From Eledone cirrhosa (lineage: Eukaryota), in assembly GCA_964016885.1 (NCBI GenBank), contig CAXHJY010000812.1, forward strand, positions 1 through 64,000: 64,000 nucleotides of DNA, given 5' to 3'. Below are positions 15,335 through 32,571 of this stretch, one piece after another. The position numbers were made by a program, and so were the translations under genes. The stretch's first letter is position 1, and the number at the start of each line of letters is the position of its first letter. The notes under the pieces are model-generated. The model saw only the letters and a list, made by a program, of their open reading frames with translations, ran no database searches and was not told where the DNA came from.

Positions 15335-16500
15335 AACATCGAGAACCATTTTCTATCGAGTCAACATCGACAAAATTCTGTCTAACTGGTTCCAAATAAA
15401 CACAATATCTATTGAAATAGTACATTTTTACTCATAGGCCGTGAATTAGTTGTTGTTAGAATTTAGGTTCTATCGAGTTAACATCGATACAAATCTATCT
15501 AACTGGTTCCAAATAAACACAGTATCTATTGAAATAGTACATTTTAACTTAAAGACAGAGAATTAGTAGTGGTTAGAACCTAGGTTCTATCGAGTTAACA
15601 TCGATAAAAATCTATCTAACTGGTTCAAAATAAACACAGTATCTATTGAAATAGTAGATTTTTACTTAAAGACAGCGAATTAGTAGATCGGTTAGAACAT
15701 CAGTACTACGAGTCACCATCAACAAAATTCTGTCTAACTGGTTCCAAATAAACACAGTGTCTATTGAAATAGTACATTTTTACTTAAAGACGGTGAATTA
15801 GTAGTCGTTAGAACATAGTTCTATCGAGTCAACATCGACAAAATTCTAACTGGTTTCAAATAAACATAGTATTTATTGGAATAGTACATTTTTATTTAAA
15901 GACGGCGGACTAGTAGTGGTTAGAACGGGGGTTCTATAGAGTTAATATCGACAAAATCTGTCTAGTTGGTTCCAAATAAACATACTATATATTGAAATAG
16001 AATATTTTTACTTAAAGACGGTGAATTAGTAGAGTGGTTAGAAGGCCTGTTCTATTGAGTTAACATCGATAAAATCTGTCTAGCTCGTTCTAAATAAACA
16101 GATAGAATCTATTGAAATTGTACATTTTTACTTAAGGACAACGAATTAGTAGAGTCGTTAGACCGGGGGTTCTATCGGTCATCATCGACAAAATATGTCT
16201 AGCTGGTTTCATATGTTTGTGGTGGATAGAAATAGATCAGTCCCACTACAGAGGTGGGTTATAGTTCTATATCTCTGTCTTATAGGCGGCAAATTGGTAG
16301 AGTCTTTAGAAAGTTAGATATAATGCTTTGCAGTATTCGTTCCGGCATTTCTGCTCTAATTATTTCCTACACTTCTTTTCTATGGAGTCAACATCGACAA
16401 AATTCTGTCTAACTGGTTCCAAATAAACACAGTATCTGTTGAAATAGTACATTTTTACTTAAGGACAGAGAATTAGTAGATTGGTTAAACGTCGGTTCTG
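15335..16500 (+). repeat. ~118-bp tandem satellite, apparently SINE-related
   Basis: About 8-9 copies of TTCTATCGAGTCAACATCGACAAAATTCTGTCTAACTGGTTCCAAATAAACACAGTATCTATTGAAATAGTACATTTTTACTTAAAGACGG.GAATTAGTAG..GTTAGAA. Confidence 0.9.
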
Positions 16501-16534
16501 TAGAATTTACAATTTTGGTGGTAGTGGCAAGTCA

Positions 16535-16676
16535 ATGAAATCAACCCTAGTTCATTACTGGTACTTTATTCTATCGATCCCGTAAGGCTGAAAGGTAAAG
16601 CTAACCTCTGTGGGATTTGAACTCAGATTGTATGTAAAGGTGTCCGACCCTCTACCGATTCTGCCAATCACCGCAC
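16535..16676 (-). mobile_element. tRNA-derived SINE (internally deleted)
   Basis: Reverse complement of the 3510 SINE (CTGGTACTTTATT..GGATTTGAACTCAG..CTGCCAAT). Confidence 0.8.
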
Positions 16677-17214
16677 TTATACACAATATAATGGAAATTA
16701 ATCTTTAGTAGTCATTATCACCTGTTAGCAAGATTGCCACTTTAATAAGATGGAGATGTAGAAGGAGTGTTCCAACGGTTAAACAATTATAGATTTTTTT
16801 TTTTTAGTAGACTAAAACTGTAGCTTGACAGGCACTAATTTATCCTTAATTACTGTCACTATCAAAGTTGGTTGTAGGAAGAATAATAATGTTGCATCCG
16901 TAAGGGATTAGAATGTTTGGTAAAACAAAGTTGACGGATAAATGGTAAATTCCTGAGAGGCCGTCTTATGAACTACTGTCAATGTTAGAGAGAAAAATAA
17001 AAAAAACAGTGGGAAAGCTAGTTAAAAACTGTTGAACTCCCAGCGTCCAAAACGCAACTAACAGCTTGTTTTGTAAAAGACGCGTTCTACGGCTGGTCGG
17101 AAATGGTCACTTGTATACATCCGTCACCAACTCTACAGTGCTGGCGACTGACACCAAGGACGACCAAATTAGCCCACAGCGATAAAATAGTACTATCTTG
17201 TCTCGCTACAAATC

Positions 17215-17722
17215 AATTCCACAAACCACCACCATAAATGAAACTTAAGGGTTAGTTTTCCACGTGGTCCCTTCTAGCAGGGATGTGGTGTAACAAAACA
17301 CATACGCTGAAATACCACTCCACACCGCACAGAGGTACCCAACTCCACTCCGGGAACAGTGTACCTAAACTATTGTAATTTCCTCCAAACCACCACCATA
17401 AATGAAACTTAAGGGTTAGTTTGTGTTCCCTGCTAGCAGGGATGGGGAATGGCGAAAGTGATGCGCTGGAACAACCACTCCATATCGTACGGCTCATACC
17501 CGGAGGTACCCAACTCCACTCCGGGAACAGTGTACCTAAACTATTGTAATTTCCTCCAAACCACCACCACCATAAATGAGACTTAAGGGTTAGTTTGCCA
17601 CGTGGTCCCTTCTAGCAGGGATGGGGATTAACAAAACACGAGCGCTGAACCAACCAGTCCACGTTGCACGGAGGTACGCAACTCCACTCCGATAACAGTG
17701 TACCTAAGCTATTGTAATTTAT
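17215..17722. repeat. Three tandem ~170-bp units
   Basis: CCACCACCATAAATGAAACTTAAGGGTTAGTT..GAGGTACCCAACTCCACTCCGGGAACAGTGTACCTAAACTATTGTAATTT x3; diverged monomer at about 57648-57833. Confidence 0.9.
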
Positions 17723-17915
17723 ATTCAATATCTAAGACACCTATTAAAATCTACATAATGGTTCGATGTATTGCACAAAATATATACACCTAAAATCATT
17801 GACAATCTGATCAATATACACTCAGTCTCAACATTAATATATTCCTATTGAAACCTAGTCTATACATCTTAATAGGTGATTAAATGCTACACATTTATCT
17901 AAGAATATATACATC

Positions 17916-17963
<48 letters not shown>

Positions 17964-18021
17964 CACACAGACACACACTGACACACAGTTACACACACAG
18001 GCATGTATGTATGTATTTATG

Positions 18022-18066
<45 letters not shown>

Positions 18067-18225
18067 AAATACATATATTAAATACAAATATATATATATA
18101 TATATGTATATATATAAACACATACATATATATACATATACATACATTTATGTATATATAGGTGTGCGTGTACATATGAAAATACGTACATACATACATA
18201 CATACATACACACACATTATATATG

Positions 18226-18270
<45 letters not shown>

Positions 18271-18274
<4 letters not shown>

Positions 18275-18467
18275 CGAAGGAAGTGTGGTAATGAACCAGA
18301 TGGACCATAATGCACCAGAGTATTCAATACTTAGGGTGGTAGAGTGGGTAATAGGAAAATGTTTGACACCGACGGCAGAGCTCAAGACGTTTCGACGGCT
18401 ATTTCTGGACTAGAGATAGCCGTCGAAACGGCATGAGCTCAGCCGTCGGGGTCATACATTTCACTAT
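18271..18467. repeat. Hairpin-ended dispersed element, copy 2
   Basis: Homologous to 14296; fold-back at about 18351-18467. Confidence 0.85.
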
Positions 18468-18487
18468 ATATATATATATATATATAT

Positions 18488-19096
18488 ATGGTGGCTGCCA
18501 ACTCGTTTTCGAGTACGGCCGTTACTTTATATCCATGTAGGAGAACGCCTACCGATGCGCTGAACGAGTGTGACTTTTTAGTCCAGCCAGTGACTTGAAA
18601 ACTCTGGTACAAACACTACACTTGTGACAATTATTGACACATAGTGCTGGGCCCATGGTACCATGTGACGACAAGTGCAGAGAGATCTCCAGATATAAAA
18701 AAATGCCTGTGCCGTGAAGCTTTTATAGTGAGCAAAGGCACTGCACAAAGCCAGTCCCACTCTCTTAACCAAGATGATATTTACCAAAAAGAAGAACAAG
18801 TCAACATCATTGGATACCATCAGAGTTGCAGGTGTTATATCAGAGTTTTCCTTCTCCTAGAATTCTGCCTTGACAAAGGCTAAGGGGTCATCTCTCCCGG
18901 TGATTTTGGATGGCCATTGATTCTTAAGAGCTCCTTTGGTCTTTGACAGGTTTTGTTTTTAGTCCTGCAGGATGTCCAAGTCACCCTCCTCACCAAGAAA
19001 CCTTGGTGGGGTTGCCAGTTTAGTCGCCAACGACCCGACCATGAGACAGGTTGCACAGGGATACATATTAACAGTAGCACCAACTGGTGACCTGAC
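18488..19096 (-). mobile_element. Short internally deleted RTE derivative (5' UTR + 3' tail)
   Basis: 3' motif homologous to 10686. The 5' part (AAACAAAACCTGTCAAAG..AATCAATGGCCATCCAAAATCACCGGGAGA) resembles RTE 5' UTRs (recall); bounded by (TA)n. Confidence 0.5.
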
Positions 19097-19644
19097 ATAT
19101 ATATATATATATATATATATAAATACATATACACATATCTATATATATGCATATATCTATATACTACCTCTCCTCCTCCTCCTTCTTCCCGTTTGACCTG
19201 TGCGTAATTCTTTTCTTTCGCACCCTTGGTCAGGCAGGTCGCTTTTTTTCTCTCTCTCGTCTACGATTTCACAGAACTTACGTTCACCGAATTCACAGAC
19301 TAGATTCCTTCTTCCTCCCGTTAGACCTGTACGGAATTCCTTCCTTGCTCGCATTCCAACCAGGTTTGATGGTCTTTATTCTCTCTCGTTCACGATTTCA
19401 TCCAATTTAAATTCATAGAAATTTGGGACTTGACTCCTTCTTCCTCACTTTTTGTTGCTTCACCATTTTGTTTGTTTACACTCGTGTCCCCTTTATTTAC
19501 GTGTCCCAACGACTTTTTTTAGCCGTTGCTCGGACCAATGAAATACCAATGATGGCTGGAAGATCACTGATGAAGGACTAACTTTATTCATATGTAACCC
19601 ATTAGCAACCCCGCAGCACGTTTATTCTCATATCCATATATCCA

Positions 19645-21800
<2,156 letters not shown>

Positions 21801-22124
21801 TTATATACACATGTGTAATGTCCATATGACAATGTAGTTAGCATAGATAATAAAGCCGGTTACATAGGAACTTTAAAAACGCTTAGAGCCGCCATCTTAA
21901 TGTTTATTTAATTACAAACTTTACTGTCATTTGTTATTAGGAAGTCTTCCAGATATAAAAACAAATGAACCATTCTTTATTACATTACCGACTCAATGAC
22001 GTTCTACTTACTTCCATATACACATTCCCCCAAACCTATTTAGATATACATGTATGTCTGAGTGTGTATGTGTTATATATATATATATACGCATATCTCT
22101 CTCTATCTCTCTTACTCTCCTTAT

Positions 22125-22181
<57 letters not shown>

Positions 22182-22311
22182 CACACGCACACACACACAT
22201 ATATATACATGCAAACAAAGACACAGGCATATATACACATGCACTCACACATATGTGTATCTGTGAATAAATATTTATATCATATATATTTACGAATATA
22301 CATAGACACAA

Positions 22312-22388
<77 letters not shown>

Positions 22389-22639
22389 TATATATATAAA
22401 TATATATAATAAACACCATGTAGGCTAATATATACATATACATATATATATATGCATACATATAAGTTTCAAGAATTATTAGATAAAATATATACACTAT
22501 TTCCCCACCCTTGTCCGTACAAATCAACCACATAAATAATCATTTAAACGAGGCTAAGTTTAAAATGTAAGTATATATGTATCTGTGACTATGTTGAATT
22601 ATATACGTATATCCCTTTGAATTATATATATATATATAT

Positions 22640-23545
22640 AAATATATATATAAGTATGTATGTATGTATACGTACATACATATATGTATACAGACGTACA
22701 GTAGTATGTATATATATACATACATGCACGTATCGGTTTACCGAACATTAATTATAATGCTCGGTTGGTTTGTTTGTAAACAAACACAAACAGCCCGATT
22801 TACACCCTACAGTGTTTAGGCAACCACGTCACCTTTTTGTTCAACACTGACATAGGAACGATTTACTAGTTTCAAGCTTATTAGCCATCGTCAGCATCGT
22901 ATACCTTCCTACCAGATGGTTGAACGTCTGAAAGTATATACTTTCCTGATGCATATTAACGGCTGAGCAATCTAATTTGCCTATCGAGTGAGTTCAGTCG
23001 GCAGTGCACACCGAAAACGAGAAATCGAATAGAATGAAACGAAATTTCATTTCTCAGTCTTAGTACGGCACTTACTTAAATGTAAGTATGTATGTATGTA
23101 CACGTAAATACATATATGTATACAGACGTACAGTAGCATGTATATATATATATATACATACATGCACACATATATATATGCACGTATCGGTTTACCGAAC
23201 ATTTATTATAATGCTCGGTGTGTTTGTTTGTAAGCAAACAAACGACCCTAATTACGCCGTACAGTGTTTAGGCAACCAGGTCACCTTTTTGTTCAACACT
23301 GACACAGGAACGATGTAATAGTTTCAAGCTTATTAGCTATCGTCAGCATCGTATACCTTCCTGCCAGATGGTTGAACGTCTGAAAGTATATACTTTCCTG
23401 ATGCATATTAACGGCTGAGCAGCCTATTTTGCATATCGAGTGAGTTCAATCGACCTGGCACACCGAAAACGATAAATGGAATAGAATGAAACGAAATTTT
23501 ATTTCTCACTCTTAGTACGGCACTTACTTAAGAGCCGTACTAAGA
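22640..23545. repeat. Tandem pair of ~450-bp repeats
   Basis: Units about 22640-23085 and 23085-23545; the array ends in the hairpin CTTAGTACGGC..GCCGTACTAAG (23511-23544). Confidence 0.85.
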
Positions 23546-23629
23546 CATATATATATTATAATTGTTTATATAAATATATGTGTATATATAAATATATGTG
23601 CATATTACGGCATCCATTTCAAAGAAAAA

Positions 23630-27944
<4,315 letters not shown>

Positions 27945-27945
27945 T

Positions 27946-28430
27946 AGCCCACTTCTCTTCATCATCTATATTAATGACATCACTGACATCATCAAACACA
28001 GCAACATTAAAATTTTCGCTGATGATTCCAAGCTCCAAAAGGTCATCAATGGCGTGGATGACCGGATAAGCCTTCAGTCAGACCTACTGGCTGTTACCCA
28101 ATGGGCAGAAAAGAACAACATGTTACTGAACGAAGACAAATTCGAACTGATCCACTTTGGAAAAGAGGATGCTCTGAAACTCCCGTACTCCCTTCCCTCC
28201 GGGGAAACTCGCGTGGCATCTAACAACATCAGAGACTTGGGAGTAACCGTGGACAGCAACATAAGCTGGACCACGCATATAAGCAGCAAAGTTGACATGG
28301 CCCGCAGAATGTGTTCCTGGATCCTCAGAACCTTCCAGTCGAGATATTCCCGCACCATTATCCTTCTCTTCTCTACTTTCGCCCGACCACACCTTGAATA
28401 CTGTTGTCCACTGTGGTCTCCCCACACGCA
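27946..28430 (+). pseudogene. Inverted RT C-terminal segment of the same LINE
   Basis: [60 protein letters not shown] on the + strand. Confidence 0.9.
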
Positions 28431-29907
28431 TGTTATGATCAACCCTGTCAAAGGCCTTGCTGAAATCAAGGTAGATAACATCAGTGTTGTAACCCTCTCC
28501 CAAGGCTCTCAAAATGTCATCAAAGTGATGCAGTAGCTGCGTCAGGCAATCCCTTCCATTACGGAATCCATGCTGGTTGGAGTTCAGCATATTGTTACTC
28601 TCAAGGAAGTGGGTCATTCGCGATCTCACCACTCGCTCAAATACCTTAATGATATGAGAGGTGAGTGAGATTGGACGGTAATTCACGGCAAGGGATTTGT
28701 TTCCCTTTTTGAAAACTGGGACAACAGACTGGGATAGAAGGTTTTCTGGCACATATCCAGCATCCAGTGAGTTCCGCCACAGATTGGCAAGAGGAGATGC
28801 AAGTTGGTGTTGACACGCCTTCAAGACACAAGCAGGAAACCTATCGGGACCTACTGCTGAATTATGCTTGATTTCCTTTATTGCCGCCAAGACATCAGGG
28901 GCGCCAAACGTTATGTCCGATAAGGTGAAATGGGGAGTAACATCACCGATACAGCCCAGATCGGCCATATCAGGATTGCTGAAAACAGAGCAGTATTGTT
29001 TCTGCAGTATCTCACCCATGGTTTTAGCATTGTCTCGAAGAGTGCCATTTTCATCAATTAGAGGGCCAACAGTAGAGCCAGTGATTTTGTGTTTTTTTGC
29101 AAATGAAAAGAACACTTTGGGATTGAGTTTGATCTTCTCAATGGCCCAGGCCTCTTCAGCTCTTCTCTGATTGTTGATGAGGGACATTATGTTGTTTTGG
29201 AGGTTATGTTTTTTAATCTCTAGTGATGAAATGGCAGTCAAGTTGATGTGTTGCTGCTGACAGTATTTCAGCTTGTTGATTTTTTTGTTCGTTCTCTTAA
29301 TTTTTCTGATGAGCGTTTTTCTATTTCTAGGGATTCTGCTCTTAGATTTGTTTATAGTTCTTAATGGGGTGTGTTTAGCACATATGTTTGTAACAGTGTC
29401 CACAAATGTCTGCCAGGACTTTTTGATGTTAGTGGGTGTATGAGTGTGCGTGAAGGACCAGTCGACATGTGCAAGATCATTACTGATCGCTTCCCAGTTT
29501 GCATTGTGGAAATCCATAGCGTCAAACGGATGGACAGGAGAGATGACATTGGGTTTGTATATTGGACGGTGGAATCTCAGATCACAGAGAACCATGTCAT
29601 GGTCAGAGAGTAGAGTTTTCTCCACTGCAATATTGTGGATATTGTCAGTGTGATTGCTGAAAATTAAGTCTAGGACGTTTTTGTGGCACCTCGTTGGTTC
29701 GAGCACCAGTTGGGATAGGAAGAAATCATCCATGAAGTCAAGAAGCGATTCCACAGCTTCCCTGTCAGAGGTTGAGGCAGAAGAACCTGGTGGCAGGCTG
29801 TTTGCGGACCAGTCAACTCCGGGGAGGTTGAAGTCCCCCATCATTAAGATGTTGTCAGGGTGACACTCTTGGATGAAACACTTTATGCTGTTGAGGCATT
29901 CCTTGAA
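28430..29907 (-). pseudogene. LINE ORF2: APE C-half and RT N-half (same frame as upstream ORF after one stop)
   Basis: [74 protein letters not shown]. Confidence 0.9.
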
Positions 29908-31479
29908 TCATGGTACAGGCGTTTGGGGTGGCCTATAGAGCCCAACTACTAATAGGTTGTTGGTTTGACTGAATACAGTGACTGCTTCACAGTATCCATT
30001 AGTGAATATGTTCATAGCCTCTGTTGAGAAAGAATTATGGACATAAATGGCAGTTCCGCCCTTTCTTCTGCCAGCGCGATCAGCACGGATGGCTTTGAAA
30101 TTTTTCACTTTCACCTCGGCTTCCAAGTGGAGGTTACTGAGATGGGTTTCAGTGAGGACGAAGAAAGGGATGTGGTTTGGATGGACATCAATCCAGTCCT
30201 CCAGGAATTTGATCTTCCATTTTTGAGTATTGGTGGAAGGGCTGATGCCTTGGGCGTTAAGCAAAAATGTAGAGGCGAGAGTGGATGGTTTTAATTGTTT
30301 TGGTGTGTTGTAAATTTGTTTGTTTGTTAATGGCAGCAATGGGAGTTTGTGCAGTGGGGTGATAGTGGGTGGTGGTGCTGGGTGATAGCTCGAATGTTTT
30401 TTTCCAGTTCTTTTGCCAGATTCATTATGGCTAAAAAAAGAGGAAGAAGTTTCCTGTTTAGAAGACTGTTGGTGACTGTGGTAGTGGTTATTTTCATGTA
30501 GGTTATGGTTTTTGTTTTTGCTTTTATTTTTAATTTTATTTTCATTTGTCCGACGGGTCCCCGGGAGATGGGTAAAGGGACAATCCCGGTCTAAACACAA
30601 TCTGTCTCGCAGGGAAAAGCGGCAGATTTGTGGATTCCTTGTTTGAGTTATTGGTGGTTGTGTTGGTGTTAAATTAGAGTATGTATTATGGTGGTGGCTG
30701 TTTGTGGGGATAGATCGTTTTGTCCTAGGTAAATGGGTGAATTTGCAGCCACTATCCGTACATATTCTATAGCGTAGAGAGTAGCGGCAAATGATGGGGT
30801 TTCGAGTGGGTGGGTATGTGGGTGTGTGTATTGTGAGAGGTGTAGATGATGGTTTGGGTAGGATTTGACGACCTTTGTGGACTGTGGGAGGGAGAGTTCT
30901 TGTTCTGGTATTAGAAGGTAAATTCCTTGACATAGCAGTAGACAAAAATGTTGTAGTAGTAGTAGTAGTAGTAGGCAGAGATGTTGGCAGTGGTGATGAT
31001 TGGACTGCTGGGCCAGAGAAAGGATGTGGCGTTTCATGCTGTGAGACAGAGGCTACTGGGGTGTCAATAGTTTCATTTAGTAGATCGGCCATTGTTGATG
31101 AATCAAGGAGTGGTTCACACTGTTGTTGTCGTTGTTGTTGTTGTTGCTGTTGTTGATGTTGTTGTTGTAGCTGTTGTTGTTGTTGCCGTTGTAGCTGCTG
31201 TTGTTGTTGTTGCTGCTGCTGGACAGCATTCGAAGAAAAAACACACCGTAGTTTATCCAAATGTTTATTGATTAATTTAAAAGCAATTTCGATTTGCTTT
31301 AATTTATTTTGAATCTGTTGTTCAGATCGAGTTTTCAAAAATTGAACTGTACGTTTAGCAATGTCGTTCAGAGATGAAGCATCTATGTCTTCTGTTTGGG
31401 AAAGGCAATGCCATGTGTTTATTAGAATGTCGATTTCATTATCAGACCAGTTCTGTTTGGATTTTTGCTGGTTAGCCAT
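29908..31479 (-). CDS. LINE ORF1 (Myb/SANT-like N-terminus, polyQ, two CCCH fingers) in frame with the APE endonuclease N-half
   Basis: WSDNEIDILINTW..RSEQQIQNKLKQI; CRYSLRYRICTDSGCKFTH and CRFSLRDRLCLDRDCPFTH; LLNAQGI, LTETHL, RADR..GGTAIYV, GLYRPP; ends at an in-frame TGA (29908-29910). Confidence 0.85.
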   Translation of the reverse strand: MANQQKSKQNWSDNEIDILINTWHCLSQTEDIDASSLNDIAKRTVQFLKTRSEQQIQNKLKQIEIAFKLINKHLDKLRCVFSSNAVQQQQQQQQQLQRQQQQQLQQQHQQQQQQQQRQQQCEPLLDSSTMADLLNETIDTPVASVSQHETPHPFSGPAVQSSPLPTSLPTTTTTTTTFLSTAMSRNLPSNTRTRTLPPTVHKGRQILPKPSSTPLTIHTPTYPPTRNPIICRYSLRYRICTDSGCKFTHLPRTKRSIPTNSHHHNTYSNLTPTQPPITQTRNPQICRFSLRDRLCLDRDCPFTHLPGTRRTNENKIKNKSKNKNHNLHENNHYHSHQQSSKQETSSSFFSHNESGKRTGKKHSSYHPAPPPTITPLHKLPLLPLTNKQIYNTPKQLKPSTLASTFLLNAQGISPSTNTQKWKIKFLEDWIDVHPNHIPFFVLTETHLSNLHLEAEVKVKNFKAIRADRAGRRKGGTAIYVHNSFSTEAMNIFTNGYCEAVTVFSQTNNLLVVGLYRPPQTPVP

Positions 31480-31910
31480 TCTAGTTTTGAGTGTGTGTGT
31501 GTTTTAGTTAAGTATTTCAATATATATATATTTTTTTTAAATTTATTTTTGATTTATTTTTGTTTTTTGTTTTTCGTTTTTCTTGTGTGTGAGTGAGAAG
31601 AGTATATATATAAATATGAGTATATATATATGTATATTCTGGTTATTTGAAATTAATTAAGTTAATGAAAAGACGAAAGTATATAATAATAATTTGTAGT
31701 TAAAGGAAAATGTACTCACAAGTTCGAAGACACGTGGTTTCAAATATATAATAATATAGATGTATGTAAATGTATTAACCGGTCAATTTTCAAATATATA
31801 ATATAGATGTATGTAAATGTATTAACCGGTCAATTTTTGTTTGTTTGGTTTTGTCTTGTGGTTTTATTTTGTGGCTGTGTGACTTGCTGCTTACTCGGGG
31901 AGAGAAGTAA

Positions 31911-31947
31911 AACACGTCCTTATACTTCAACTGCTCAACTGCTTAAT
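31911..31947 (-). promoter_or_regulatory. Putative internal Pol II promoter of the LINE (Inr-like + DPE-like GGACGTGTT)
   Basis: Minus strand ATTAAGCAGTTGAGCAGTTGAAGTATAAGGACGTGTT; the motif lies about 28-29 nt from the (TA)n boundary. Confidence 0.55.
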
Positions 31948-32571
31948 ATATATATATATATATACATACATATATATATAGTTTTGCGAGGTTTTTTATA
32001 TGAAATCGTGTTTCGAAACAGATATTGTTATATTTGGGGAGGGTCATATTTGCGTAATACTGCCAGAATTAATAACAGAACACACTCACTGTTTGGTTGG
32101 TTTTCGCTTCTCGCTGTCTTTTATATATATATATCTGCGATCTAACTTACTCGGTCCTCAAGGTTGCCATTGACTGACCGGCGGTCAAAAATAATACAGA
32201 TACAATATAGACACAAACACATATATATAGTTTACATAATTTACATAAATCTTTCGTTGCACATCTGCAACATCGTCAGTGGTGTTATATTCATTGTTCC
32301 TCCTGTTGTGTTGTATGTCTACGCCATTTTTTTTTTTTTTTTTTGTTCAGTCTGTCTATATATTTATTTATTTATTTGCTTGTTTGTTTATCTTATTTTA
32401 TTTTGTCTTCTTTGCGCATGCGTTTGCGTGTGTGTATAGTGTTATGTGTGATGTGTGACTAGTGTGTATAGTGTTGTGTCTGCTGGGTGACTAGTGTGTG
32501 TTTATGTGCTTGTGTATGTATTTATTTATCTTATTTTATTTAATTTTATTTACTTATTTATACTTCTCTTA

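Larger units (their letters stand above)
27945..31947 (-). mobile_element. CR1/L2-group non-LTR retrotransposon, 5'-complete, 3' end inverted and truncated
   Basis: APE endonuclease and RT motifs, GGACGTGTT 5' motif, flanked by (TA)n. Confidence 0.9.

Noticed and set aside
17670-17720. Twister-like loop ACAGT-GTACCTAAGC-TATTGT
   Set aside because: The required UAA cleavage loop, P1/P2 and pseudoknot partners could not be placed, and the other units read CTAAAC.
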